Shown here in pieces: positions 48,501-61,618 of a DNA stretch of 64,000 nucleotides. The stretch lies in assembly GCA_977017575.1 (NCBI GenBank), contig CDRNVI010000139.1, forward strand, positions 62,001 to 126,000, written 5' to 3'. The DNA comes from Paramoeba atlantica (lineage: Eukaryota > Protista > Discosea). The stretch's first letter is position 1; each line of letters begins with the position of its first letter. A model generated the notes under the pieces. The model was not told the DNA's origin and did no database searches. It saw only the letters and a list, made by a program, of their open reading frames with translations. The position numbers and the translations under genes were made by a program.

Positions 48501-50445
48501 GGTAAGAGGCAATGGCAGCCAAGTATGGAAAGAGAAGATATAAAAACACACAGAGTTCGTTGTAACCGCCTAGAGACCCTGAAGATGAGATTTTTCTCTG
48601 TGCTCCAGTCGCACATGCTTCATTATCAATCCTCTATTTTGAAAGTAAGAGAAAGGTTCTTCAGTTATGGAGAAGAAAAAGGAGACCTCAATTTGGGAGA
48701 TGAGGAGTTCAAAGAGTTTCTCTGGAGGCATCAGCAATCCATCACAAAAAATCCACTCCAACAATTGCTTCAAATAAGAAACTCTGAAAAGGAGAAAATC
48801 AATAAAAATGAAAAAACAAATGAAAAAAGATCAGAAAACAAACTTTTCATATCCTTGAGCCAATTTCCTTTGCAACTGAGATTCAGTATATGCTGTGGAT
48901 GCTCTATTACATTCTTCTGCGATTAAGGTGATATCATTTTGGATAAATGTTGAAATATAGTTCACAAGAGACTTTGCAAAGTCACTCATCTATAAAAGGG
49001 AGTTTTCTTTTATCAGTTTTGACCCAACCATCAATGAAAAACAAGAAATTTTACATTCATTTTGAGATTCCGATTCCCGATATCATACAGCAAGACAATC
49101 TTGATCCACCAAGCTGCCCGAAGACAAGGCACTTGATTCTACAATCCAAGTATATTATAAAAAGAAAGAAATGAATAAAAGGATAGGAGGTAAAGGGTAC
49201 CTCAGCAAGAGTTGCCCAGTGACTTTGGAGTTGAATTGGAAGCACGCCACTCACCAAACGATTAAATTTTGCATTTCCTGCCAGTTGTGCCAACCACTTG
49301 CAAAAAACAATATTCAATAATTAACTTTCTTTTGAAGGAGAAAATAAAAAGAAAGAAACTTTTTGTCTTGCGGTGTGGATTCCAATTCGAGGAAACGTCA
49401 CTCGAGTTCTTTTGTTGCGAAATCAGACATAAAAGGAAAGAGAGTTTTCTTAAAGAAATAGATAGTTACCTTCTATTTTCTTTCTCTTTTTCAGGGGACC
49501 GTTTTGGCTGAGCTTTTGTTCGCTTGATTGCAGAGACAGCTTCTGACAATTCAATCATTTTTGTGCGACAACTTCTTAGCTTTTCTCCAGGCATATCCCC
49601 AAATAAACTCCTACAATAGAAAAAAATAGTCAATATTTTTACATCTGAGAGGGAAAAAATAAGTAAAAAAACAAACAAATAGTCGGTTGGTTTGTGGATA
49701 ACAGAGTATCCATTGCAAGAGTATAAAGGAGTTAGTTGTTCAGGGCATTTTAGATCCTCTGTCTGAAAAAAGAATTCAATTTCTTTTTTTTTTTTGAGAT
49801 GAATTTATCTGGTCGAGTTGATCGGAAAAATCAAAAAAAGAAGAACCTCTGGTGGAGTAACACCGATATATCCTAACAGTGTTGAATTTTCTCTGTATCT
49901 GAAGATCATGTTAAACAGATTTCCTTCTTCTTCTCTCTTTTCCCTTCCTCTCTTTCTTCTCTGTTAATTTAATGGAAAAATTAGTCTTACTTGCGATAGT
50001 TGTGTAACTTGACCTCCCATTTTTCAACACTCTGAGAAGCTGAAGAAGGAGGGGGAATCCCCCTTCCACTTCTTCCTGCATATCTTTCTCTTTCTCTTTC
50101 TCGCGTGGTGGGGTGTGGAGCATGTGATGAGGAAGAATGATGAGAAGAATGAGAAGAATGGGAAGAGTGAGAAGAGTGAGAAGAATGATGAGAAGAATGA
50201 GAAGGATGAGAAGAGTGAGAAGAATGATGAGAAGAGTGGGAGGGATGAGAAGAGTGGTGAGAGGAATGATGAGAAGAATGAGAAGAGCGAGAGGATTGAG
50301 AAGAAGGGAATGAGGAATGAGAGGGCTGATGAGAAGAAGGATGGGGAATCCTTCGATTAGATGATTGATGACTTTGTCGAGAAGAAGGGAGAGGGTTTTT
50401 GGAAGAGGGAAGGGGTCTCCCACTTTTCCTCTCTCTCCCTGACAT
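42551..50445 (-). CDS. MED12: Mediator kinase-module subunit MED12-like
   Basis: LLGYIGVTPP..EDL, RVTFP, WLAQLAGN..VPCLRAAWWIK (Med12 domain), LVSEWAV (LCEWAV motif), ELIKGGLFSYDTYLRSLIAKG. Last exon ends ..RRRAGRLRYEP*. ATG at 50445. Confidence 0.85.
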
Positions 50446-50572
50446 TTTCTTCTTTCTTCCCCAAAAACGAAACACAAAAAAAGAAATAGAACGCTAAATT
50501 TAGCCTTTTCTGTGTTTTCGAGTTTGGTTGTTTTTGTTGTTTTCCAGAAAGTTTTTTTGGGAAACTCACGGA
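50446..50572. promoter_or_regulatory. Putative bidirectional promoter between MED12 (-) and formin (+)
   Basis: Only 127 bp separate the inferred divergent start codons (50445 and 50573). Confidence 0.5.
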
Positions 50573-53500
50573 ATGGAAGAGAAGAAAAAGAAAAAGAAGA
50601 CAGGAATCTTTGGAGGGAAGAAGAAAGAGAAAGAGAAAAAAGAGAAAGAAAAAGATAAAGTCAAGGAGAAAGAAGTTGAGAAAGTCAAGGAGAAAGAAAA
50701 GGAGAAAGAAGTTGAGAAAGAAAGTGAGAAAGAAAAGGGAAAAGAGAAAGAGAAGTCAAAGGAAGAAGACAAAGCAAAAAGAGAAAAAGAAGAAGCAGAA
50801 CTCAATGAATTAAATGTCCAATTTGCGGAGGTCATCCTCCTCACACACAAGTTTTCTTTTTCTCTTTCTTTCTTCTCTTTTTCCTTTCTCTCCCAAAAAC
50901 TTTTCTTCTCACTCTCCTCTTTCTCTCCTTCTCATCTATCCCTTCTCTCTCTTTCCTTTCTCTCTTTTAAAACAATAGTATGGAACCAGAAGAACTCGCA
51001 AAAATGTGGGGATGGTCGCAAGCTAAAAAATGGAAGTATGTCACTGAACATAAACAGAACCCCAAACCTGACCAACAACCAGGGTTCTTTTTCCTTTTTC
51101 TTTCTTTTCTTTCTTCTTTTTTTTTCTCTTCTTCTTCTTTCCCCTCTCTTTCTCTCCTCTCTTTCTCAAAAATTCATTTTCTTCTTTTAGAGATAAAAAC
51201 AAATGGGAAAAGTTCACAATTGAAGAGTACATCACAGAACTAAAAACAGGAGAATTTCAACCCTCTTTTCTTCATTCTCTTCGCTCGAAAATGAGAAGTA
51301 AATCTTGGACCAAAACTTTTGTCAAATTGGAGGGTGTTCTTTTGTTGTTGAATTTGTTGGCTGAATCGAGGCGAGAGAGGTTTTTCTTTTTCCTTTTTCT
51401 TTTTCTTTCTTGTGAGATTGAGGAGAGAGAAAGAAGAGAAAAGAGAATGAATCAATTTTATTTATTCTTTTTAAAACATCAGAAAAGAATTACTACGAGT
51501 TGGGCTATTAAAATCACTGAGAGCCGGATGCAATTTCTCAATTGTAACAGAAATATTAACAACTGAAATACATCTCAATGAATTAATATTATCACTCGAA
51601 TCCCCAAACGAAGGAGCAATTGATTGTCTTCTCCAAATGTTGATCATCTTTTCCGCAAAGGTCCAAAATGGAAAGAGAAAGGTCATCAGAGCTTTGTCCC
51701 ATTTTGCGAGAGAGAAGAGAGAAAAGAGATATGGGATTTTGTTGAGTTTGTTGAGAGAGGGGACTGTTGGAGTGAGAGAAAATACTGTTTTTTTGGTGAA
51801 TGAGTTGCTTGGTTCTGTTGAGGATGCTCAAGATGTTGTTGTTCGAATGGAGAAGAGGAAAGAGTTTTTGTTGCTTGGTCTTTTGGATGTTTTTGCCTCT
51901 TTGAAAGGGTTTTTTTCTCTTTGTTTTGGAGCCTTTCAAAATATGATTTTAAATCTTTCTTTTGGAACTAAAATGGAGTTTGTTTTAGAGAAAATGCTTC
52001 AGAGACTCTTCTTGGTCATATTGAGAGATTCGAAGAAGAAATGGCAGATGATAGAGAGGAAATGGACCAAAAGCTATTGGCGCAAGGCAAAGAAGTGAAG
52101 ATTAGTGATCCCATTTCCATTGCAAACTCCCTCATTTCACAAGTCCTTTTTGTTTTTTCAGATTTTTGAATTCTCCAATCTTTATTTTTTTAACCAAATG
52201 GAAAAAAGGCGGAAGTAGATCCAGCGAGATTCAATGGAATGATTGGAGTCCTTCACGGGATGCTCGAAATTCAGCCTCAATCTGAGACTGCAAAAAATGC
52301 TTTCCAAGTTTCTTTTTCTTCTTTTCTTTTCATTAATTGAGATTAAATCATTTGAAATTTTAGTTTATCGACAAATTTTTATACATGTTAAGAGAAGAGC
52401 ACATCACAATCTATGATGATGATGTCATGACAGATCAATTCGCAAAAGAATTGATGGTTAAAGCTGCTGAGGCTGGACCATCTGCTCCTACAATCGAGAT
52501 GATGAAAGATCTTAATTTTTTGGGGAAGTTCGAATTTAATTTTGATTGTCAAAGAGAGGAAGATAAGGAAGTCCCGAGAGGAAGAGAATGCAGAATTAAA
52601 GAGAGTTTTATTTCTGAACTTAAATTCAACAAACAGAGAAGTCGAGCAATTGAATAAGGAATTGGTTGGGCGAAAAGAAATGGATTTGGAATTTAAGGAG
52701 ATGAAAATCAAAATTGGAGCTCTACGCCAACAAAACGAGGTTTAGTTTTATTCCTTCCTTCTTTCCTTCTATCTTTCCCCTTTTCTTTGTTAAATTAACG
52801 GAATAAATTTATAATTTTTAGTCCTTGATTCGAGATTATGAAGCTGAAAAAGAAAATACAAATTCTGTGAAAAAAGATTTAGACGAAGAAAGAGAGAAAT
52901 TAGGTGAACTTGAGGACAATGTGGAGAACAAAAAATCTCAAATTGAGAACTTAAATCAAAGTATTTTTTTCTTTTTCCCTTTTTATTCTTTTCTTTCTCA
53001 CTCTGCCTTTTTCTTTGATGTAGAAATCGAAGAATTAGAAAGCAAACCCAAACATGTGACACCACGTGACGACCCACGAGTTGCGGAACTCTCAGCTTTA
53101 CTCGAAACAGAGAAAGAAAAGAGAATGAGAGTTGAGAATGATCTTTTGGAGAGAGGAAAAGAGGTTCAGAAATTGAAAGAAGATTTGGAGGTTCAGAAGA
53201 ATGAGATGGAGAGAGGAAGGAAAGCCTTTTTGTCTGAGAGGTTTTTTGTTTTTTCTCTCTCTTTTTTCTCTTTTTTTCTCTCTTTTCTCTCTTTTTTCTT
53301 TCTCTTAAATTTGGTTTTTTCATTTCATTTTCTCCAGAGAAATATTTCAAAAAGAAAAACAAGGATTTCAAGAATTACTTGATCGAATGTCAACTCAAGT
53401 TGATCTTGAAAAGAAAGAAGTGATTCGCTTGAAAGAAGAATTGGAAGAAAAAGAAAGTTTTGTTCTCTTCATTTTTATATTTTTGCAATTTGTTTTTTTT

Positions 53501-56500
53501 GATTTCTTTCTTTTTTCTCTTTCTCTCTTTTCTCCAGAGCAAGTCACTCTAGAAATGGAAAAACTGAGAGAAATGAAAAAAACTACTCCTGTCCACTCCC
53601 CCAATCCTTCTTTTTCTTTCTCTCCTTCTTCTTCTTTCTCTCCTTCTTCTTCTTTCTCTCCTTCCCCTTCTTTCTCTTCCACTCCTGGTCCACAAGAAAA
53701 AAAAGATAAAATGTCTGAACTTTCTCTTGATGAAGAGAAAGAAAGAGGAGAAAAAGAAAAAGGAGAGGGAGAGACGGGAGAGGGAGAAAGAGAAGAGGGA
53801 GAAAGGGAAGAGGGAGAGAGAGAAGTGGGAGAGAGAGAAGAGGGAGAGAGAGGAGAGGGAGAGAGAGATCCAAATGAACCTCTTCCAGCGAAAGAAGATC
53901 TGTTTTTGGAGAGACAATTGTTTTTGGAGAGTGAAGGTGCTCGCCTTGCTTTGTTGGCTGAGGAATTAACGGTTTTTTTTTTTTTCGAAACTCAAAGAGA
54001 AGAAGAGAGAGAAGATTAATAAAGAGAAGAAGCAATTCTTGAGAAACAGAGAGAAAAGAGAGAGAGAGAGAGAAAAGAAACTAAACAATATTTTTTTAGT
54101 CTGACATGGGGCAATTGCAAGAATCCAAAGAAAATCTTGAGAAAGAAAAAGAATTTATGGAACAGGAAAAGAAACGAGTTCATGAGGTTTTTTTTTGTTT
54201 ACTAAAATGTTTTATTAAAATTTAATTCATATCTGAAATTTTCTCTCATTTCATTCTATGAATTATTTTTATTTTTAGAATAAATATTTTTCTATTTTTA
54301 TTTTTATTTTTTCCTTTTTATTTTCTCAATATTGGTTTTTAATTTAGTTATTGTCATCATTGTATGAACAAAGAGAAATGTTGAATTCAGAGAGAGAAAA
54401 ATTAGTTGCCGAGTTTGAAGAAGCACAGGTGGAACAACAAAGGTATTCTTTTCCTCTTCTCTCTTCTCTCTCTCTTTTGAAATCTTTTTTTTCCTTTTTT
54501 ACTCTCAGAACTGCAATTGAAGATAAAGTGAAATTGGAAGAAAAAGAAAACGAATTCGAAAACCAAAAATCAGAAATGGAAAAATTGTTAACCGAAATAG
54601 GGGCTATTAAAAGTTCGCTCCAAAAATCACAAGAAACGTTAAAAGAGAAAGAAAAAACAATTGAAGAACAGAAGAATGGACTGGTAAAAGCAAAAGAGAC
54701 TTTAGAAGAGAAAGAGAAAGAGATAGAAGAACAGAAAGGACTGATGAAAAAGGCAAAAGAGGAAGCAGAGGAGAAAGAAAAGATGTTGAAAGAAAAGGAA
54801 AAAGAAGAGAAGTCTTCTGCTCCTCCTCCCCCTCCAGGTTTTTCTTTTTTTTTCTCCCAAAAAAATTGTGGAATTCATCAGTGTTTTTCCATATAATTTA
54901 TAATGCGAGAAATAATACAAGAACTACATGATCGATACTCATCATGATTTTACCACCACCAAGCGGAGGACCACCCCACAACAAACACATTAAAAACAAA
55001 ACAATATATTAATCACTCTTTTCAATATTCATAAAACATTAAAGAGAAAACAAAACAGAACAAAGCGGAGCACCACCACCACCACCACCAAGCGGAGGAC
55101 CACCACCTCCTCAACAAACACATTAAAAACAAAACAATATATTATCACTGTTTAAATATTCATAATAACATTAATTAAAGAGAAAACAAAACAGAACAAA
55201 GCGGAGCACCACCACCACCACCACCAAGCGGAGGACCACCACCACCTCCTCCTCCAGGAGGAGGTCCCCCTCCCCCTCCTCCCCCTGGTGGAGGTCCTCC
55301 TCCTCCTCCTGGTCCTTTTTTCTCTTTTCTTTCTCTTTCTCTTTCTCTTTCTCTCTATTTCTTTTCTTTTCTCCTTTCAAACCATCTGCTCTTAATCTTG
55401 TTCTTTCTTTTTGATTATTTTTCTTTTTTTTTTTTAAATATTTGTTAATTGATGTAGGAATGGGAGGACCTCCTCCACCGCCAATGGGAATGATGAGAGG
55501 ACCTCCTAAAATACAAACAAGGAAAATTGAATTTACAAGAAAATCGAAAGATAAAATGCAGGTTTTTTTTTTGGTTTCATTTTTTTTTGTTTTCATTTTT
55601 TTGTTTTATTCATTTTTTGAAAATCAATTTCTTTTGATTTTTTTTTTGTTTCTTATCTTTATGAAAACAAGGGATTTTATTGGGCGAAATTGCCAATGGG
55701 GAAAATTAAAGGAACAATGTGGGAAGCAAAACCAACTTTTGATAAAACTCAACTTCCAGTTCCTTTCTATTTCCTCTTTCTTCTTTTCTCTCTCTCCTTC
55801 TTTCCCTTCTCTTTCATTTTGTTATGAGTATCTTTTTTGATTTTTGTTTTCAAGGTGGATGAACTTGAGGAAATGTTTACTTCTGTTGAGAAAAAAATCG
55901 ATCCTGGGGCAGAAAAGAAAGAGAAAAAGAAGGTTTTTAAAATCTTTTCCTTTTCTCTTTTATTTCTTTTCAATTTGAATTTTATTTTATTTTTATTCAA
56001 ATTTTATTGAAGGTGGCGCAATTAATTGATCCAAGAAGATCACAAAATTTGAGTATCTTTTTACAAACATTGAAACGATCTCCATATGAGTTAAAAGGAG
56101 ATATTTTGTCTGTTAATTGGGAGGTTCATTTTTTTTTTAAACTTCCAAGAAAAAAGAATTTTTTCTCCTTTTCTTGAAAGTGATAATTTTTCTTTTTCTC
56201 TTTTTAGGTTTTAAATTTGGAAGTGACAAAACAATTGAGAATGTATGTCCCAGCCAAAGATGAACTCGCCCTTATTCACGAGTGGAGAGAATCAAACTCC
56301 CAAAAACCAGTTCGTTTTTTCAGAATTATTCTTCAATTATTCTTAATTTAAATTAAATTCTAAATAATGAAGAATTATTCTTCATTCAGAAATATTTTTT
56401 TCATTTCGTGATCATTTTCAAACCTTTGAACTCTCTTTTTCCCAATAGCCTGAAGAACAACTCGAGTTACCAGCTGCAGAAACATTCATGGATGTTGTTG

Positions 56501-58975
56501 GTGATGTTGAAATGCTCGCTGAACGTCTTCAGGTCTTGAGAAGTGAAGAGAGAGGAAGAGAAAAGAAAAAGGGGTGAAAGAGAAAGAGAAAGATTGGTTT
56601 GTTTTGTGCAATAATTGAAATGATTTATTTCGGTAGATTGTGGAGACGAGGTTACAACATGCTTTGCTTCTTGAACAAGTTCAGAGTGATATTTCTTGTC
56701 TTGAGCGAGGACTGAATGAGGTTTGTTGAACAACAATCCGAAAAAGTGCAAAAAGAGAAAAAGAAATTGATATTTTAACCAAAATTGAATTTTATTTGCA
56801 GATCAAACATTCCAAAAGACTCGAAAAGATCATGGAACTCGTTCTCCACATAGGTTCTCTTTCCCCTTTTCTTCATCATTTCCACTTTGAATAATTATAT
56901 TTTCATTCTGCTTCTTTATTATTTATTTATGAAATAGGAAATTATATCAATTCTGGGACACATCGAGGAAAATGTGACGGATTTAAACTTTCCACTCTTC
57001 GAAGACTTGCAGATTTTCGCAGGTTTCGAACAATTGAAAAAGATTTTTATTCTTATTTTTTGGAAAATGAAACTTGGCTTTTCCTAATTTCTTGGTTTCT
57101 TTTTAGTAAAAAGAATCCGAAAATGAATTTATTGCTCTTTTTGTTTTCATTTTTGTCTAAGTCCTTTCCAGATCTCCTCCAGGTCTTCTTTTCTTTTTCT
57201 CTCTTTTGTCATTTTCTTCTCATTAACCAGATATTTTCTCTTCCTTTTTAATAGTTGGAGGAAATGGGAGAATCGGTCAAAGAAGCATCAAAAATTAATA
57301 CTGGTTTTGTTGGGAGCTCGATTAATTCCCTCTGCAGTGGAATGGACTTTATTAAAAAGGTATTTTTCTTTTTCTTCGCTTCGCTCTTTCTTTTCTCTCT
57401 TTCTAAAACATTTTGCAAGGCACTCCCGAAATTTTCCAACCAGACGGACAAATGTGTCGAATTGATGAGTTCTTTTTTCCTTTTATCTTTTTTAAAAAGT
57501 CTCAGAATTTGATGATATTCGAACAATAATAGGTCCTTGGGTGGAAGGAAACGAAGAAACATTGGCTTCTGTTGTCAAATATTGGGAACGAGTCCAACAA
57601 ATCCACAAAGATGTTTAATTTTTTTTTGAAAAAAGAGAAAGAGAGAGACAAATCGAAAATGAAACGAGAACAAATCTAAATTTGTTTTTTTCTTGGACAG
57701 CTCTGTGTTCGATTGGGCGAAGATCCAAAATCTTTTGACGCGCAAGAATTATGTGAAGGCGTCACAGCCTTTGTTCAGCAACTCTCAGCTGTCAAACTCG
57801 TCTTGGAGAGGGAAGCAGAGAGAAAAGAAGCGGAGAGGAAGAGAGAGGAAGCAAAGAAGAAAAAAGCTGGTTTGATATTCTTTGAATGGAAGAAAGGAAG
57901 AAACACAAGAGCTGATTTTCTGTTTACAGAGGAAAAAGAAGCAAAAGAAGCGATTCCTGATGATGCTGTTGTTGATGATATTTTTGAGAATATTAAAGCT
58001 GGCAGACTTGGTGGCCGTAGAAGACGTTTTCTTTTTCATTTCTCTTTTTTTCGTTTTGATTGTGTTGTAATTCTTATTTGATTCTTCGTTAGGTGGAGAT
58101 AGAAAGAAAATCGAAGGACTTGAAGAAGAAGAAGAAGAAGTGACCCTGACAATTGCGAGAAGAAAAAGAAGAAATTGGGGAGAAGAAACAGAAGAGGGGA
58201 GTGGCATTTCAAGAAGAGATAGAGAGAAGAGAGGGAGTACACTTGAGAGCAGAAAGAGGAGAAGGGATTTACTTGAGGCTGCCGAAGCTGCGGTTGGAAA
58301 GAAAGAAGATGAAGAAGAAAAGAGTGAAGAGAAGGAAGAAGAAAAGAGAGAGGAGAAAGAAGAAGAAGAAGAAAAGAGTGAAGAGAAGGAAGAAGAAGAG
58401 AAAGAAGAGAAAGAAGAAGAGAAGAGAGAAGAGGAAAGAGAAGAGAAAGAAGTTGAAAGCGATGATGCAAAGGACGAGAATGTGAGAGATGAGATTGTTA
58501 AAAATGAGGGAGAGGGAGAAGAGAAAAAAGTGGAGGAGAACACAGAAGAAGAGAAAGAAGAGGAAGAGAAGGAAGAAGAAGAGGAGGAGAAATCAGAGGA
58601 GGGAGGGAGAGAAGAGAAAAAAGAAGAGGAGAACGCAAAAGAAGAAGAAAAAGGAGTGGAATTGGAGGATCAAGAAGAAAAAGAAACAAAAGAAGATGAA
58701 AAAGAAAAAACAGAATTGAGCGCAGAAGAAGAAAAAGAAAGACAGCGAGAAGCAAGAAGAAAAGAAAGAGAAAAGATTCGCCAACAACTCGCAGACGAAT
58801 CTTCCTCCACCAAGTATTCTTTTTTTTTCTTATTTTTCTTGTTTTTCATTTTTGGTCTTTCCTGAGAGCTCTTGTTTTCTTTTTTTGCAGAAATGGAGGC
58901 TCTCGAGTTGGAGAGTCTGCAGAAGAAAGAAGAGCAGCTCGAGCAGAGAGGAGAAAACAGCTTGGACTGGACTGA
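50573..58975 (+). CDS. Diaphanous-type formin (GBD/FH3, coiled coil, FH1, FH2, DAD) with an acidic C-terminal tail
   Basis: FH3-like GKRKVIRALSHF..LVNELLGS; polyproline FH1 exons; FH2 FYWAKL, LIDPRRSQNLSIFL, GNYINSGTHRGKCDGFKLSTL; DAD-like VVDDIFENIKAGRLGGRRR; ends ..AERRKQLGLD*. Confidence 0.92.
54952..55240 (+). repeat. Tandem repeat (about 136-bp period) duplicating the 3' splice site and 5' part of the formin FH1 exon
   Basis: ACAG|AACAAAGCGGAGCACCACCACCACCACCACCAAGCGGAGGACCACCACC at 55055 and 55191, a partial copy at 54952, and near-identical A-rich spacers. Confidence 0.9.
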
Positions 58976-59110
58976 TAGGGAAACTCAGAATAAATTTCAT
59001 TTACCTGGTATTGACTCTCTTTTTTTTCGTATCTCATTAAAAACAGCACAAGAAAAAATAACAAAAAAGTAGCAAGAACACACAAGTTACCTTTGATAAA
59101 TATTATTTCA

Positions 59111-60936
59111 TTAATTAAGATTCCGCTCTGGCCCACTCGCAAACTCATCCATTTCACAAATCGCTTCTCTCTCTTCTCCATTCTTCTCTTTTTCTTCCAT
59201 TTTTAAAATCGAGTGAACAAAATTTCGTCGTTGAGGGTAAGCAACATAAAGAAAACAATACGCCAAACATTGTAACCCCCAAGCGAAACAACCAACAGCC
59301 AGAAAAGCATTTCCAAGTGCTGTTGCATTTCGAACTCTTTCTTCCTCGGCTAAATCTTGGATTGCCACACCTTTACTTTCGTATCCAAATCCCTCCGCAA
59401 TATACCCCATTACCACACTCCCAATAGAACTCAAAACTCCGGCAATCGAAGTCACAAACCCGACTGAAGAAGATCTCAAGTTAGGGTGTACAATCTCTGT
59501 TAGAAGGGGCATGTCGCATGCTTGTTCTGAGAATGAAGCAAGAAAACCCATCACACTTGACATGGCAAACATCCCAACAACAGATCCAGTCTTGCCAATA
59601 ATTTTAATAAGAACAAAAACAACAGGAATCAGGAGAATTAATGACACCTGTGCAAGAATGATTCTCCCAAAATCTCTTCCCCATTTTGACTTGAAAAAAA
59701 GAAAATCGATCTCAGAAAAAAAAAATGAATGGCGAAAAGGAAAACAAAAACCTGAAGGCGAGAGAGTTTATCTGAGATAATACCTCCAACAAAAGAACCA
59801 ACCATAAAACCAACACCAGCAATAGAATAACTTAGAGAAGCTTCAAAGGCAGACATTCCATTGTATTGATACCACAAAATCAAAAATCCAAAACCCAACC
59901 ATGGAAGTTGTGAAAATAATTGAGTCCAAACGAGGAGAAACCAAGCATAATTAAGGTTGGATTCTTCTTTCTGATTCCCTTCTTCATCTTGAACAAGTTG
60001 ATCAGTGAAAAAGATGTGCCGAAGAGCCTCCCATTCAAAAATCAAAAAGGATTCATTTTCTTGGGTCTTAATTTCAGTTTGTTCTTCCTTTTCAGAAGGT
60101 TCTTCTAATTCTGTTTGACCTCGAACTGGTTCAAATACAAAGAAAATCGCCCCAATCGCTGTCACAACACAAACCATTCCCCATAAAACACATATCACAC
60201 GCCACCCAGCATAACCTGCGATTATTGTTGAAGAAAAAGTTCCCATCGAAATAATACCAACAATTCCCCCAACACCGGCACTGATACCTTGTGCTCCAAA
60301 AGCAAGACCTCTTTTGTCTCTTCGAAAATAATCCCCAATGTAAGAAACGATAATTGGAATAATCAAATCGAATGCAAGACCAGACACAGTTCGAATCATG
60401 AGAAAACTTAAAAAAGATTCAACAAGTCCCAAAACAATGGTCAAACCACCCAGGTAAATGAATGAATAAACAAGAATTAACCTTCGAGAGAACATATCAC
60501 AAAGAACAGAGCCAAAAGGAAGAACAAGAGCAGCAGTTAAATTTCTCAAGAAAGGAATCATTCCAAGTTGAGTACTTGAGAGTTGGAACTCTTCTTGGAT
60601 TGCCTTAAATCCTGATCCAATAATCGCTCTCAACGCGGTATTCACTGCCATACAGACGAGAAGAGCAGAGAAAGTCATAAATCGAATCCAAGAAGTGGGA
60701 AGACAAGAACAGAGAGATCCCTTCCAATCAGGAAAATTGGATGTCAAATTGGACGAAAGAGCGGGAAAAGGATCCATCAACTTTTCTCCGTACCATCCAT
60801 CTTTCATCCCCCGCAGAGGAGACTCGTTCCCCGGGATGGTTTTCTCACAAGCAAGAGGAGAAGACGTCGGAAGATCACCTTCCAAAGAGATCTCGTCGAG
60901 ATGAGGAGAAGGCGAGGAGACCTCCCCTCCCTTCAT
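59111..60936 (-). CDS. MFS transporter (Spinster-like), 2 exons; start may lie slightly upstream
   Basis: IQEEFQLSSTQLGMI, GSVLCDMFSRR, LMIRTVSGLAF, YIGDYFRRDKRGLAFG, GWRVICVLWG, GGIISDKLSR, EIVHPNLRSSSVG; about 12 hydrophobic segments. Confidence 0.9.
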
Positions 60937-61149
60937 TGCTCCTACCTTCTTCTCCAAATCTTCTTTCTCTCTCGCAACCAAACCCAAAAACGGACAACGA
61001 GAGGGAAAAAAGAGGGATTCTTTTTTTCAGGTGGTCCCGATTTTGGTTTTTAATCTCCCCCCTTTTTTGGATGAATTTTCTGGATGGATGCAACGCGTTC
61101 GCGCAAAGGAAGAAAGAAACGAGATTTTTGTTGGACAAATACGAAATAA

Positions 61150-61561
61150 GAAATCGAATGGATACGGGTGAGATGTCTTTTATGGGGAATGGTTTGTGTT
61201 GTAACAACTTCAAGATGAAGAAGGGAATCAGAAAGAAGAATCCAAACTCAATTATGCTTGGTTTATCTTAGTTTGGACTCAATTATTTTCAAGGATCAGC
61301 TTTTTTTTGAAATCTTCTTCCTCTTCAATAAACTCCGAATCTGACTTCTTCCTCTCCTCTCTCTCTTTAGTCGAAATGGTGGCGGGATTATGGGGATTAC
61401 AATTTTTTGTGTATTTTTTTCTCTCTTTTACCTATCCGGAACGACGAGATTATATTCAAACACAATTGATGGAAGAAAAAAAAGAAAAAGAAAAAGGGGT
61501 GAGAGAGAATATTTGTGATTTGGATGAGCTTGTGACCATTCCTGTTCCTGATGACAAATGA
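61150..61561 (+). pseudogene. Inverted, internally deleted relic of the adjacent MFS transporter
   Basis: 61178-61202 is an exact 25-nt reverse complement of 60164-60188. 61210-61291 matches 59911-59992 at 77/82 nt. The 3' piece encodes WGLQFFVYFFLSFTYPERRDY versus WGLQCLAYCFLYVAYPQRRNF in the MFS. Confidence 0.85.
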
Positions 61562-61618
61562 AACACTTAAAACAAAAAAGAGAAAAAGAAAAGAAATCAA
61601 AAAAAAAACCTTTATTTC

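Noticed and set aside
57785-58543. 252-aa Ser/Phe-rich minus-strand ORF, and similar antisense ORFs at 24538-24969 and 52790-54035
   Set aside because: Mirror frames of low-complexity coding sequence in the formin and UFD2.
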